This document shows positions 46,536-55,560 of a stretch of 64,000 nucleotides of DNA, piece after piece (within the stretch, counting starts at the first letter, position 1; each line of letters begins with the position of its first letter). Source of the stretch: a virus; IMG/VR virus record IMGVR_UViG_3300045988_173593, positions 446 through 64,445 of that record. One strand, 5' to 3'. Below the pieces are notes generated by a model, which did no database searches, was not told where the DNA came from, and worked only from the letters and a program-made list of their open reading frames with translations. The translations under genes and the position numbers were made by a program.

Positions 46536-47249
46536 TCAAAAGGAATTTTCATTGTCCCATTTTTTAACCTGTTTACGCTCGTTTTTTGTCCCATTTTTGC
46601 GTTCAGGATTCAAACGCAGCTTTGCTCTTATTCTTTGCAGAATTCTTCCCGCCTTGCTTTTGGAAACCCCCATCTGTATGGCAATACTGCGGATCGTGCA
46701 GCCGTCTTCATATTTCAAACGGTAAAACTGGAATTCCTGCGGTGTCAGCTTCTTGAAACTGGAGTCTTTCAATACCCGGTTCCCGATGCCGAGTTCATTT
46801 TGAATTCCTGTATGGATTGCCTGCCGGGTAACGCCGAGATACTCCGCGACATCGGATAAACTCTTACAACCGGACAATCTCAAAGCAAGCGCACGTGCTG
46901 TCCGGGGCTTTTCCGCTCCAAGTATGAGACATGAAACCGCTAATTTAAGATTTACTCCTGAAACTTCAATTTCTTGCCCGTCTTTCTTAAAATAAAATGC
47001 TTTTTCATCTTCATCAAGGACAAGATCGTTTTCACCATAGACATTGCCAAGTTCTTCATTTAATGGAGCCGTTGATTTGGCAAAATGCTTGATTCCGCTT
47101 TTTTCTGTATGGTTGAGAATTCCATAAATTCTACATGACTCGTCAAACTCGCAATCGGGGCAACGTCTTCCTATTTTTCTTTTCCCGAAACATTCAGGAC
47201 ACCCGGAACTGATTGCTTTTGAGTCTTTTTTCTCCGTAAATTCACTCAT
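46536..47249 (-). CDS. zinc-ribbon plus sigma-70 region-4/LuxR-type HTH transcription regulator (candidate late-gene regulator)
   Basis: N-terminal CPEC...CPDC. C-terminal LTPQEFQFYRLKYEDGCTIRSIAIQMGVSKSKAGRILQRIRAKLR closely follows the sigma region 4.2 pattern. No region 2 detected. Confidence 0.6.
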   Translation of the reverse strand: MSEFTEKKDSKAISSGCPECFGKRKIGRRCPDCEFDESCRIYGILNHTEKSGIKHFAKSTAPLNEELGNVYGENDLVLDEDEKAFYFKKDGQEIEVSGVNLKLAVSCLILGAEKPRTARALALRLSGCKSLSDVAEYLGVTRQAIHTGIQNELGIGNRVLKDSSFKKLTPQEFQFYRLKYEDGCTIRSIAIQMGVSKSKAGRILQRIRAKLRLNPERKNGTKNERKQVKKWDNENSF

Positions 47250-47348
47250 AACCCCTCTCTTTCCCTTGAAGATTCAATATTTGGTGATATTTGTATCCTT
47301 GGTTTCAGAGATGATCTTCAAGTTTTGAGAGGATGAAATCATAAAAAA

Positions 47349-47380
47349 GCCGGAATTGCGGGTTCCGGCTTTTGCTTTTC
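47349..47380. terminator. hairpin GCCGGAA-ttgcggg-TTCCGGC flanked by A-run and T-run (bidirectional)
   Basis: Seen in sequence, between the ssb gene and the regulator gene. Confidence 0.55.
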
Positions 47381-47433
47381 ACCGCCTCATACAGAAGCGG
47401 ATTTTGTCAACTTGTAAATTTTGGCAACTTATA

Positions 47434-47826
47434 TTATGGACAATCCTCCCGGCTGTATCTGTGATCTCCTTCGTATCTTGCTCCGGCTGTCCTGTGTCCG
47501 TTTCCTTCAGGCTGATCCAGGAATTTTATATTCTGAACATAAATCCGTGTTTTGCTCCGAGTTTCACCGGTTTTTCTGTCCTGCCATTGCTCATTCTTAA
47601 GGAAACCCTCAACCAGAACGGAGGAACCTTTTCCGGTGAATCGCGGGATAACCTCCGCCGTTTTACCGAAACATACGCATTCCCCGAAGTAAGTATCGGG
47701 CTTCTCGCGTGTCCCCTGATTGACCGCGATCCCGAAGGAACATATTGCCGTCTGATTGTTTGTATACCGGATTTCCGGATTCCTGGTCAGATTCCCCATC
47801 AGAAAAACCTTGTTATAGCTTGCCAT
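47434..47826 (-). CDS. ssb: single-stranded DNA-binding protein
   Basis: KVFLMGNLTRNPEIRYTNNQTAICSFGIAVN...YFGECVCFGKTAEV shows an OB-fold SSB pattern. Confidence 0.85.
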   Translation of the reverse strand: MASYNKVFLMGNLTRNPEIRYTNNQTAICSFGIAVNQGTREKPDTYFGECVCFGKTAEVIPRFTGKGSSVLVEGFLKNEQWQDRKTGETRSKTRIYVQNIKFLDQPEGNGHRTAGARYEGDHRYSREDCP

Positions 47827-48238
47827 TGGATTGCGTTCCTTTCAATTTCAGATAAAGCTCCAATGCACTTCCGGCATCAGTCGGATAACTGTAACATTTG
47901 CCCTTAGATATAATATGCATATCAGTAAAATCAGTATTTGGAAGTTCGCAAATCGCATCAAAAATCTCTTCTAAAGTCGGTGCCGGAAAACAATACTCAG
48001 GATGGTTTCTGGAAAAAACAACTATCCGAGCCGTATCCATAACCGCTTCTTTAGGTAAATGTTCAAGGAGTTCAGATAACCTAAATCTGAACTCCTTGAA
48101 CTCTTCTTTAATATATTCTATTTCATCCCACCGAAACACTGTATTCTGAAATGCATCAGCTGGTATTTTTCTGCATGCTTCAAAATCAGGAACAATATCC
48201 TCAATTTCTCGTAATTTTTCCATTATTTCACCCTCCAT
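47813..48238 (-). CDS. hypothetical protein
   Basis: 141 aa. Confidence 0.4.
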   Translation of the reverse strand: MEGEIMEKLREIEDIVPDFEACRKIPADAFQNTVFRWDEIEYIKEEFKEFRFRLSELLEHLPKEAVMDTARIVVFSRNHPEYCFPAPTLEEIFDAICELPNTDFTDMHIISKGKCYSYPTDAGSALELYLKLKGTQSNGKL

Positions 48239-48305
48239 AGAATGATTCCGAGAATCAGGGCAATGCCGAGCCCCGGAATCAGATTTGAAATCAGTTCAGA
48301 CAAGT

Positions 48306-48695
48306 TCATTTCTTCTCTCCGACCAGTTTTTCTTTCAACGCCTCTTTTGCCAGCATGTAAATCTCTCCGGCTTCTTTCGGTAACTCCTCAGACACAAACC
48401 TTGAATTGGAAATTGCCGGGAGAACCTTTATCAGCGCCATTTCCTTTGTTGTCGGAACGAATACCGAAACAAGGAAAAATACCACGAGTAAAGCGATACT
48501 TATAAAACAAGCTCGCAATTCAAGTTTCATTGCCGGGTGAAATTCTTCTTCACCTTCAGAGGCCATAAAAGTCGAAAATAATATGATAAGGCTTAATACC
48601 ACCAGAATACTGGTAATAATGCATAAACCGATTAGAAAGTCATGTATTCCATCCATCCTTGTAATCCAGTAAACTGTGCTTTCCGTAATTTCCAT
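48306..48695 (-). CDS. membrane protein (3 TM)
   Basis: Hydrophobic helices. Confidence 0.4.
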   Translation of the reverse strand: MEITESTVYWITRMDGIHDFLIGLCIITSILVVLSLIILFSTFMASEGEEEFHPAMKLELRACFISIALLVVFFLVSVFVPTTKEMALIKVLPAISNSRFVSEELPKEAGEIYMLAKEALKEKLVGEKK

Positions 48696-48722
48696 GATTA
48701 TTTTCCTTTCCCTTTGAGTTGT

Positions 48723-49001
48723 TTACCATTCATTTCCGTCTTGTTCCTTCTGTTTCAGCAAGTGCTCAATCGTTCGAAGCGACGTCACGGCGACATGCGC
48801 CGCTTCCTCCAGAATATGTTCCCGAGTCGCCCCCTCGATACAATTCATAAAATCGTTGACCGCCTGACAGAGTTCTCCGTATTCCTCTCCGATCACCATA
48901 CATTGCATACTGTAGGCTGCCGGAAACCCCGGATGCTTTTTCTTTGCCTTTTCAAGTTCGATCAAAACCAGACCGAATACATCTTTCATTTTTTCGCCCA
49001 T
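48723..49001 (-). CDS. MazG-like nucleoside triphosphate pyrophosphohydrolase
   Basis: VIGEEYGELCQAVNDF (EExxE) core. Confidence 0.55.
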   Translation of the reverse strand: MGEKMKDVFGLVLIELEKAKKKHPGFPAAYSMQCMVIGEEYGELCQAVNDFMNCIEGATREHILEEAAHVAVTSLRTIEHLLKQKEQDGNEW

Positions 49002-49502
49002 ATTTCACTCATCTCCTTCATTTTTTCTTTCAAACTTGCATCCCGGATTGAAAGAGTGCATCTTAGTGCACCCGCCGAACATCTCGTCAAAATAACGGCA
49101 CTCCTCACAATTGGTCAGAGGCTCCGGCATTCCATGATGCTTCAGAATCACATCCATAGCATGCCCGACCTCCTTTCTTACAAGCCCGGCCTCATCAAAA
49201 GTCCGGCAATCCTTTCCGGAATGCCAGTCACGATAGCGCCTCAGAATTTTAACGGCGTTTTTCAGTTTCATTTTTATTTGGTTCCTTCCAAAGTCTTTTT
49301 TACAATGTATTTTGTCATGGACACGAATTCAGGGTCTTTGTCATGCGTCTCCAGAATATCCAGCAAACCGGAACGCAATCTTGCATTTTCCTGTTTCAGT
49401 TCGTCAATTCGTTTCAGGAGCCTTGTATTCTCCTCCGCCTGTTTCATCAAAAGAATTTCAGTCTCAATATCGCAAGACATTTTTTATCCTTTTCACTTCA
49501 TA

Positions 49503-50132
49503 TTATCCGTAATATGCTGCTCTCCACCGTGCCTTGATTTCCTCGGCGTTGAGCGGATGTTCTGCATTGTATTTTTTCGCCTGTTCAAGCAATGCCGTTT
49601 CCGACTCAAGCGAGTTGTTCAGCTTCGGCATTTTCTTGCCCTGACATTGGCAGCAGATACCAGCCAGCGAGCGTGTCATTGTTCCGCAAATTCTGCACGG
49701 CTCATATTTCCTGGTGCGGATATACGGGTATCTGTCGTTCTGACGGATGTTGTAGCACTTCCGGCAGATTGCGCCGCGTCCGCCGCCCATCGCCGGGGCT
49801 CCGCAATATTTGCAGGTCTTTGCCTCGCGTTCCGTAGGCTCATGCCTCTTATGGTATTGCTGTTCGCGACGGTGCTTGTTATAACACTCCCGGCAAATCA
49901 GCCCGTTGTTGCACTCCTTAGGCAATGCCGGGGCGCCGCAGATGCGGCAGACGCGCGGGAGATCGCGAGATCGTGAGAGTGCAAAGTTGCGAGGTGAGGC
50001 AGACGCATCAGGCGGGACGGGTGATTTTTCATTTTTCATATTTTGCCTCCTCCGCATTCCACGGAACCTGCCGGATTTGGAGTTCCGGCGGGAACTTTGC
50101 GATGTCTTTAAGGCTGGCGACGATTTTTTCAA
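49503..50132 (-). CDS. triple zinc-ribbon (CxxC-N-CxxC x3) basic protein
   Basis: CRICGAP...CRECYNKH; CKYCGAP...CRKCYNI; CRICGTM...CCQCQ. Confidence 0.5.
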   Translation of the reverse strand: MKKSSPALKTSQSSRRNSKSGRFRGMRRRQNMKNEKSPVPPDASASPRNFALSRSRDLPRVCRICGAPALPKECNNGLICRECYNKHRREQQYHKRHEPTEREAKTCKYCGAPAMGGGRGAICRKCYNIRQNDRYPYIRTRKYEPCRICGTMTRSLAGICCQCQGKKMPKLNNSLESETALLEQAKKYNAEHPLNAEEIKARWRAAYYG

Positions 50133-50140
50133 GGCCTTGT

Positions 50141-51499
50141 TTACTCATTATTTTCCTCCTGATCGTATTCATCGGTCAAGCCTGTATTTTCAAGTTCCAT
50201 CATATCACCTATCTCATCATAAGCACATGGGCGCACACGGCGGAATTCGTCCATGTCGCCACAGGAAAAAAGTAGACGGGCAGTCTTACCCTGTGGTGTC
50301 ATAGCCTCATAAATACCTTGTTTTTTGTATTTTCGGAAAAGAGCGTTCAATGCTTTCCTGTATCCGAACTTTTCCATACAGAGATCATAGGCTTTCGGGT
50401 GTGTCTGCCGCAATACAGACAGATGATTGTTCCGATAGAGCAGATCAGTTCCGCAGAACATACAACCATTACGCTCAATACGCCTGGTATTTCCGTCTTT
50501 GTTTTCATATTCAATATCATAGAGGGGCGAATATTCCAGCCGATAATAGCTGATGTAATTCCAAATGTCTTTTTCCGTCCAAAGCGCAATTGGCGAAACA
50601 TGGTAAAACGCCCCGTCTTTAATATGATCTCTGCGACTTTCGAAAATATGCCCTCTTGTTGATACGTTGATCATGCGCGTATGGCTTTCTTCCGCCATCA
50701 GCCCTTTGATAATGACATCCACATCAAGTTGCTTTTGCAGCTCTTCCGAAGGCTTCTTTTTCAGGAGTGTGCAACAATGCTGGGAAAATTTGCATTCACG
50801 CAGAATATCGTAGTATTCTTTCAATTTGCCGTTTTCACTGGCTGTCTTTGAGTATTTCAAAAAACACTCAATATTAATTCTGTGAGCATCCAGCTTGCTT
50901 GCCGATTTTCCGAGCAGAGGCAGACCATACTGTTCCATGCAGTATAGGAAATTCATAGGATGTCCGGAGAAAAAGCAGTTCTCTTTCGTGAGTTCATACC
51001 CGCGTTTTTTTGCCGCGGCAATCAGAGCTTTCTGTCCGGCGAGTTTGCCGTCGTCCTTCAAAATCTCTGCGAGGCACCCTTCAGATTCAAGCTGTGCCAC
51101 AAGCTGACGTGCGAACTCATAACGCAGCTCATCTTCCGGCAATGGACGCGGTTTCGTCTCATAAAAACGGTCTCCGTAATGTTCTTTCCCATACTTGCGG
51201 GCAAACGCCAGACTTTCCGGAAATTCGACACCCGTATTGCCGAAAATGCAAAGAATGCGCTTGTGAAGTTCCGGACAAAAACGTTCGATTAAATCAGCAA
51301 CGACTTCCGAATCTTTCCCTCCTGAAAATGCAAGTGCGATATTGTGGCGGCTCAACACATCCGACTGCCTCAAAACCTCAACAGAAAGTTTAATTTTTTC
51401 ATTTAACGGTTTTTTTTGAAACTCGTTGATTTCCTGAAATGTATATTTATCTTTTAACATTCCCCCGCTCCTTTCAATTTTTGAATCAACTCGTCCCAT
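50141..51499 (-). CDS. PP-loop ATPase, PAPS-reductase/IbrA-like with long C-terminal extension
   Basis: ALAFSGGKDSEVVADL; 452 aa. Confidence 0.7.
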   Translation of the reverse strand: MGRVDSKIERSGGMLKDKYTFQEINEFQKKPLNEKIKLSVEVLRQSDVLSRHNIALAFSGGKDSEVVADLIERFCPELHKRILCIFGNTGVEFPESLAFARKYGKEHYGDRFYETKPRPLPEDELRYEFARQLVAQLESEGCLAEILKDDGKLAGQKALIAAAKKRGYELTKENCFFSGHPMNFLYCMEQYGLPLLGKSASKLDAHRINIECFLKYSKTASENGKLKEYYDILRECKFSQHCCTLLKKKPSEELQKQLDVDVIIKGLMAEESHTRMINVSTRGHIFESRRDHIKDGAFYHVSPIALWTEKDIWNYISYYRLEYSPLYDIEYENKDGNTRRIERNGCMFCGTDLLYRNNHLSVLRQTHPKAYDLCMEKFGYRKALNALFRKYKKQGIYEAMTPQGKTARLLFSCGDMDEFRRVRPCAYDEIGDMMELENTGLTDEYDQEENNE

Positions 51500-51750
51500 G
51501 AATCAAGCGCCATTGAGATTGTCGCGGGTTCTATCGACCCCCATACATCCTCAACGCAATAACCCGTGCATCCCTCGATATTTTCATAGTCGTGAAAAGG
51601 ATCGTAACCGCATTTTCGGCAACTGACCCATATTTCGCAACCGTCTTCGCAAACCTGTTGAGAGTGAGCGTAAAACTCCTCTTTGTTTCCACACTTCGGA
51701 CAAGGCAAATAAGGATTGTCGGGAGCGATTTTAAATTTTCTGCTGGCCAT
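51454..51750 (-). CDS. zinc-ribbon protein
   Basis: CPKCGN...CRKCGY. Confidence 0.45.
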   Translation of the reverse strand: MASRKFKIAPDNPYLPCPKCGNKEEFYAHSQQVCEDGCEIWVSCRKCGYDPFHDYENIEGCTGYCVEDVWGSIEPATISMALDSWDELIQKLKGAGEC

Positions 51751-52597
51751 GGTTGACTCCTTTCAGGGCTTTTTCAGCATACCGTTTGATTGTCATAAAT
51801 TTCGGGCATGACGGATCGGGAATCCTTTTCCAGTATTCGTTATTCGCGAGTTCTGCAATCTCTTTCAGAGCCTCCCGCAGCCGCTTGTTTTCGGCTTCAA
51901 GAGCCTCAATACGGACGGCTTGGCGCTCCCGTCTCGCTTTCATGGTTGCAAGACGCTCTTTATATCTCCGGATATTCGCACTGTTATTGCTCAGCGCCCA
52001 TGACTCAAATCCGGCAGACTGCCAACTGTATTCAGGCGCGAAAATTTTTCGCGCTGATTCTTCCGATGCTCCGAGCGCAACAATGGCAGAAATTTTCTCC
52101 GCTTCATTGAGTTTTCTGTTGCGGCAAATCTTGTTCACGGCAAGCATGAATTCGTGTTCTTTTTCAAGGCGGGCAATCTTCTGTTCAACCTTTTCGATTG
52201 CATCCGGATCATCATCAAAAATCGTATTTTCGAGGTAATCCGAAAGACCCGCCGCCTTTTCCAGATGATGCTTTGCCAAATTGCTTTCCTCAACCGCCCG
52301 TGTTCCGGCTGCCTGTGCGCGGGCAACAGCCGCACGGTGCCGTTTTTCGCTGTGATGCCCGACAAGTATCGGCTGCCCGAATGAGATACCCTCAACGGCT
52401 TTTTCTGATTTTTCCCATTCCTTACGGCTGCGCTGTTCTGCTTTCTCTGCCCATTCCCTACGCTTTGCCAGCTTGTTTTCCAATCGTTCGCGTCTGTTCA
52501 TGTTCTTTGTCCTTTCACGCATGTATTGCTTCATTTTCAAACAGAGTCGGAGCATCCTGTTCCGCTTCGACCTGTTCCAGATATTTAACTCCGTCAC
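51731..52597 (-). CDS. coiled-coil hypothetical protein
   Basis: 288 aa with charged heptads. 5' end overlaps the upstream gene, so the true start is probably internal. Confidence 0.4.
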   Translation of the reverse strand: MTELNIWNRSKRNRMLRLCLKMKQYMRERTKNMNRRERLENKLAKRREWAEKAEQRSRKEWEKSEKAVEGISFGQPILVGHHSEKRHRAAVARAQAAGTRAVEESNLAKHHLEKAAGLSDYLENTIFDDDPDAIEKVEQKIARLEKEHEFMLAVNKICRNRKLNEAEKISAIVALGASEESARKIFAPEYSWQSAGFESWALSNNSANIRRYKERLATMKARRERQAVRIEALEAENKRLREALKEIAELANNEYWKRIPDPSCPKFMTIKRYAEKALKGVNHGQQKI

Positions 52598-55016
52598 GGC
52601 AATAACCGGGATTCAGTTCAATCCCGATTCCGTTACGCTTCATTTTCAGCGCCATATACGGCACGGTCATAATGCCGCCGAACGGATCCAGTACGGTCTC
52701 TCCGGGATTACTCCAGCGCTCAATGACACGCTCCACAATATCGAGCTGCAAAGGGCAGATATGTTTTTCAACGCATTTCCGCGCCTGTTCGCTGTTCAAT
52801 GTCCGCATCCGCACAACATCGTCCCATACCCACGGCGACCGCGCAGGAATCCGCAAGGTCTCAAAGGTGGACGGCAACCGTCCGCGTTTTTCCAATTTCT
52901 CCGCCGTCCGCACGTGCTCCGCATAGCTGTAAACCCATGTCGCCGCCCGTTCGTGAAAAAATTCATTGACATTTTCAAGAGTATAATTTTCAAGTTCCTC
53001 ATCACTCAAAAGCCGGTTGCCGGAGCTGTTCCATTTTGCGCGGGCGTCGATCTGCCAGCGTCCCCGCGTGTATTCCGCTTTCGAATGCGTGACAGGGACA
53101 TCGGCATAGCCTTTTGTGCGGTCGGTCTGCGGCTTCCGGAACAGCAGAAGATACTCCGGACACCCGACGCCCATCTTTGTGCCGTCCTTGCAGTCTTCGC
53201 TCCAACCGAGGCGGTAGGTCTGGTTGTTCTCGCGCACAACATCCGTCTCAATGGTGACCCGGCCGAAAAACAGAAAACCATGTTTGCGGAAATGCGATAC
53301 CGTCTCATCGCTGAACGGGTCAACGATCGGCGCGCCCGTATGCTCCACGGCGCCGAACAGAATCCGGTCTTTCACATGGATTGCGGCGACACGGCCGGGT
53401 TTCAGAATCCGGAAAAGTTCAGGAGTCAGAAAGTCCATCTGCTGAAAGAACTTTTCATTGTTCAGATTGTGCCCGAAGTCATTGTAATTCGGCGTGTATT
53501 CGTAATGGTTGGAAAACGGGATCGAGGTATGAATCAGGTCAATGCTGTTTTCTGACATGCGGGATGTTTCGTCCACGCAATCATTGTTGATCGCGGTGTA
53601 ATGCCGTCCGGAAAATTCCTGTCGGTTGATTCCGAGAGCGCGGCGTGTCCCCGCCCGGATTGCATCGGCGGAAAGTCCATACTTCCGGATGATCTCCGCC
53701 ATCGTTTCCAACAGTTCATCGTGCCGTTTCCACTTCTGCAGAAGTACATTTTTAATCTCATCCTCGCTGTCCGCATAAATGATGTGAATGTTGACCTCGC
53801 GCGTCTGCAAGAAGCGGTAGACGCGGTGGATTGCCTGAATGAAATCGTTGAACTGGTAATTGATGCCGACGAAAACGGCGTCGGCGCAATGCCTCTGGAA
53901 ATTGCATCCGGAACCGGAAAGTTCCGGTTTCGTGGCGAAATATTTGATTTTCCCGTCGGAAAAATCAATCACCGACTGTTCCCGTGTTTCGATGTCCTGC
54001 TCTCCCCAGATTGCCACCGCTTCCGGCAATGCCTGCTGAATGGCTTTCCGTTCATCCTCTAAATGATGCCACAGGATGAAACTCTTTTCCGGTTCCGCAT
54101 TCACGATTTCCAACATCTTTGCGACACGAAGCGGAATCGTTTCCCGCTTTTCCCGCGCGGCGTCCGGGAGGCTCCGTGCCGCGTCATGAAAGAATTCCAT
54201 CTGCCCGTTCCGGCGATCGATGCGGATTTTCTTCATGTGGTCGATATCGACGCGGTGCCAATGCACTTTCAGCGGCGGGAGGTCGTAACCCTCATCGGAA
54301 TAGCCGAGATCGGACGGGCGATTCAGGAACACCGCCCAACTGGATATCCACATCCAGAACTCACGTTCCATGTGCGGGTAAAGCGTCAGATTTCCGGCTT
54401 TCTCACTATCGCGCTGAAAGAACCGCGTCAATGCTTCGCCGGTGTCCATGACGCCGAGGAATCCGGCGTAATGGATCAGTTCCTTGTATTCATTCGGAGA
54501 CGGCGTTGCCGTTGCGACGAATTTGTATTTCACGTTCCGGCAGAGCGGCAGGAACTCCTGATAGGTCTTCGTCCCGAAGCCGCGCAAGATACTTGCCTCA
54601 TCCAGCGTGACAGCCGCGAACTGTTCCGGGTTCAACTGCCCATCCCGGACGCGCTCATAATTCGTGATGCAGTACCGGCCAGCGGCTTTCGCTTCCGCAT
54701 CAGTCCGGACATACTGCAAATCCATTCCCAGCAGATCACGGCCGTCGCGCACAAACTCCTGTTTCACGCCCAGCGGCGCAATAATCAGAGTCTTGCGCTT
54801 TTCACGTTCGGAAATGATTTTCATGATGGAGAGCTGAATCACGCTTTTTCCGAGTCCGAAACCGGCGAAAATCGCGCGGCATCCTCCGCGGATCGCCCAT
54901 TTCACAATGTCCCTCTGGTGCGGTTTCAACACAGACGGTATTTCACTGTCCGCAACCTCAAAACCGCCGATTTTCGCAATCGCGATCTTGTTTTTTATAA
55001 AATCCTGATAGTTCAT
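52515..55016 (-). CDS. SNF2/DEAD-like helicase fused to beta-class amino (N6A/N4C) DNA methyltransferase
   Basis: Helicase motifs I GFGLGKS, II TLDEAS, VI QAIHRVYR. MTase motif IV-like IDLIHTSIPF, then C-terminal motif I VLDPFGGIMT...GIGIELNPGY. Confidence 0.75.
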   Translation of the reverse strand: MNYQDFIKNKIAIAKIGGFEVADSEIPSVLKPHQRDIVKWAIRGGCRAIFAGFGLGKSVIQLSIMKIISEREKRKTLIIAPLGVKQEFVRDGRDLLGMDLQYVRTDAEAKAAGRYCITNYERVRDGQLNPEQFAAVTLDEASILRGFGTKTYQEFLPLCRNVKYKFVATATPSPNEYKELIHYAGFLGVMDTGEALTRFFQRDSEKAGNLTLYPHMEREFWMWISSWAVFLNRPSDLGYSDEGYDLPPLKVHWHRVDIDHMKKIRIDRRNGQMEFFHDAARSLPDAAREKRETIPLRVAKMLEIVNAEPEKSFILWHHLEDERKAIQQALPEAVAIWGEQDIETREQSVIDFSDGKIKYFATKPELSGSGCNFQRHCADAVFVGINYQFNDFIQAIHRVYRFLQTREVNIHIIYADSEDEIKNVLLQKWKRHDELLETMAEIIRKYGLSADAIRAGTRRALGINRQEFSGRHYTAINNDCVDETSRMSENSIDLIHTSIPFSNHYEYTPNYNDFGHNLNNEKFFQQMDFLTPELFRILKPGRVAAIHVKDRILFGAVEHTGAPIVDPFSDETVSHFRKHGFLFFGRVTIETDVVRENNQTYRLGWSEDCKDGTKMGVGCPEYLLLFRKPQTDRTKGYADVPVTHSKAEYTRGRWQIDARAKWNSSGNRLLSDEELENYTLENVNEFFHERAATWVYSYAEHVRTAEKLEKRGRLPSTFETLRIPARSPWVWDDVVRMRTLNSEQARKCVEKHICPLQLDIVERVIERWSNPGETVLDPFGGIMTVPYMALKMKRNGIGIELNPGYCRDGVKYLEQVEAEQDAPTLFENEAIHA

Positions 55017-55057
55017 TTATTTCCAACTCTTTCACATTATGTTCTTTGTCCCTTGAA

Positions 55058-55534
55058 TTAAAATTTCAGCGGGAGTGTATCCCATGTTTCAGCCACCGGC
55101 TCCGGCGGCGGTAAATCCGCGATCTCGAACACCTCCAACAGCGTGCTTGCCTGCATACCATAAAGTTTGGAGCTCCGAACCTCGCAAATCTGCTGATCCT
55201 GCACCCACACGATACCGGAAAGTGCATCAATCAAGCCTTTCATCAGATTGTCGGTCAGATCGGGTTTTGTCGTTTTGTAAAATCTGCCTCCTCTCTCCAG
55301 CATGGAAAGTTTTTTTTTGCTCCATGAGCGGGGCGCGGAAAACGTAAAAACAGCGCTCACCATCAGTGGCGAATCCAATATCACAAATCCCGGCGGCAAC
55401 TGTTGCTGTGCCGCAAGGCGGATATAGTTTTTCCAATCGGTCACACTGAAGGGCTGATAACGCATCCCGCTTTTCGTGTAGCGGAAAGACTGCACCGCTT
55501 TCGGATTGCCCGTGAAATGCAATTTCAGATTCAT
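55058..55534 (-). CDS. hypothetical protein
   Basis: 158 aa. Confidence 0.45.
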   Translation of the reverse strand: MNLKLHFTGNPKAVQSFRYTKSGMRYQPFSVTDWKNYIRLAAQQQLPPGFVILDSPLMVSAVFTFSAPRSWSKKKLSMLERGGRFYKTTKPDLTDNLMKGLIDALSGIVWVQDQQICEVRSSKLYGMQASTLLEVFEIADLPPPEPVAETWDTLPLKF

Positions 55535-55560
55535 CTGCCGTTCTCCTGTCCGCTCATGCC

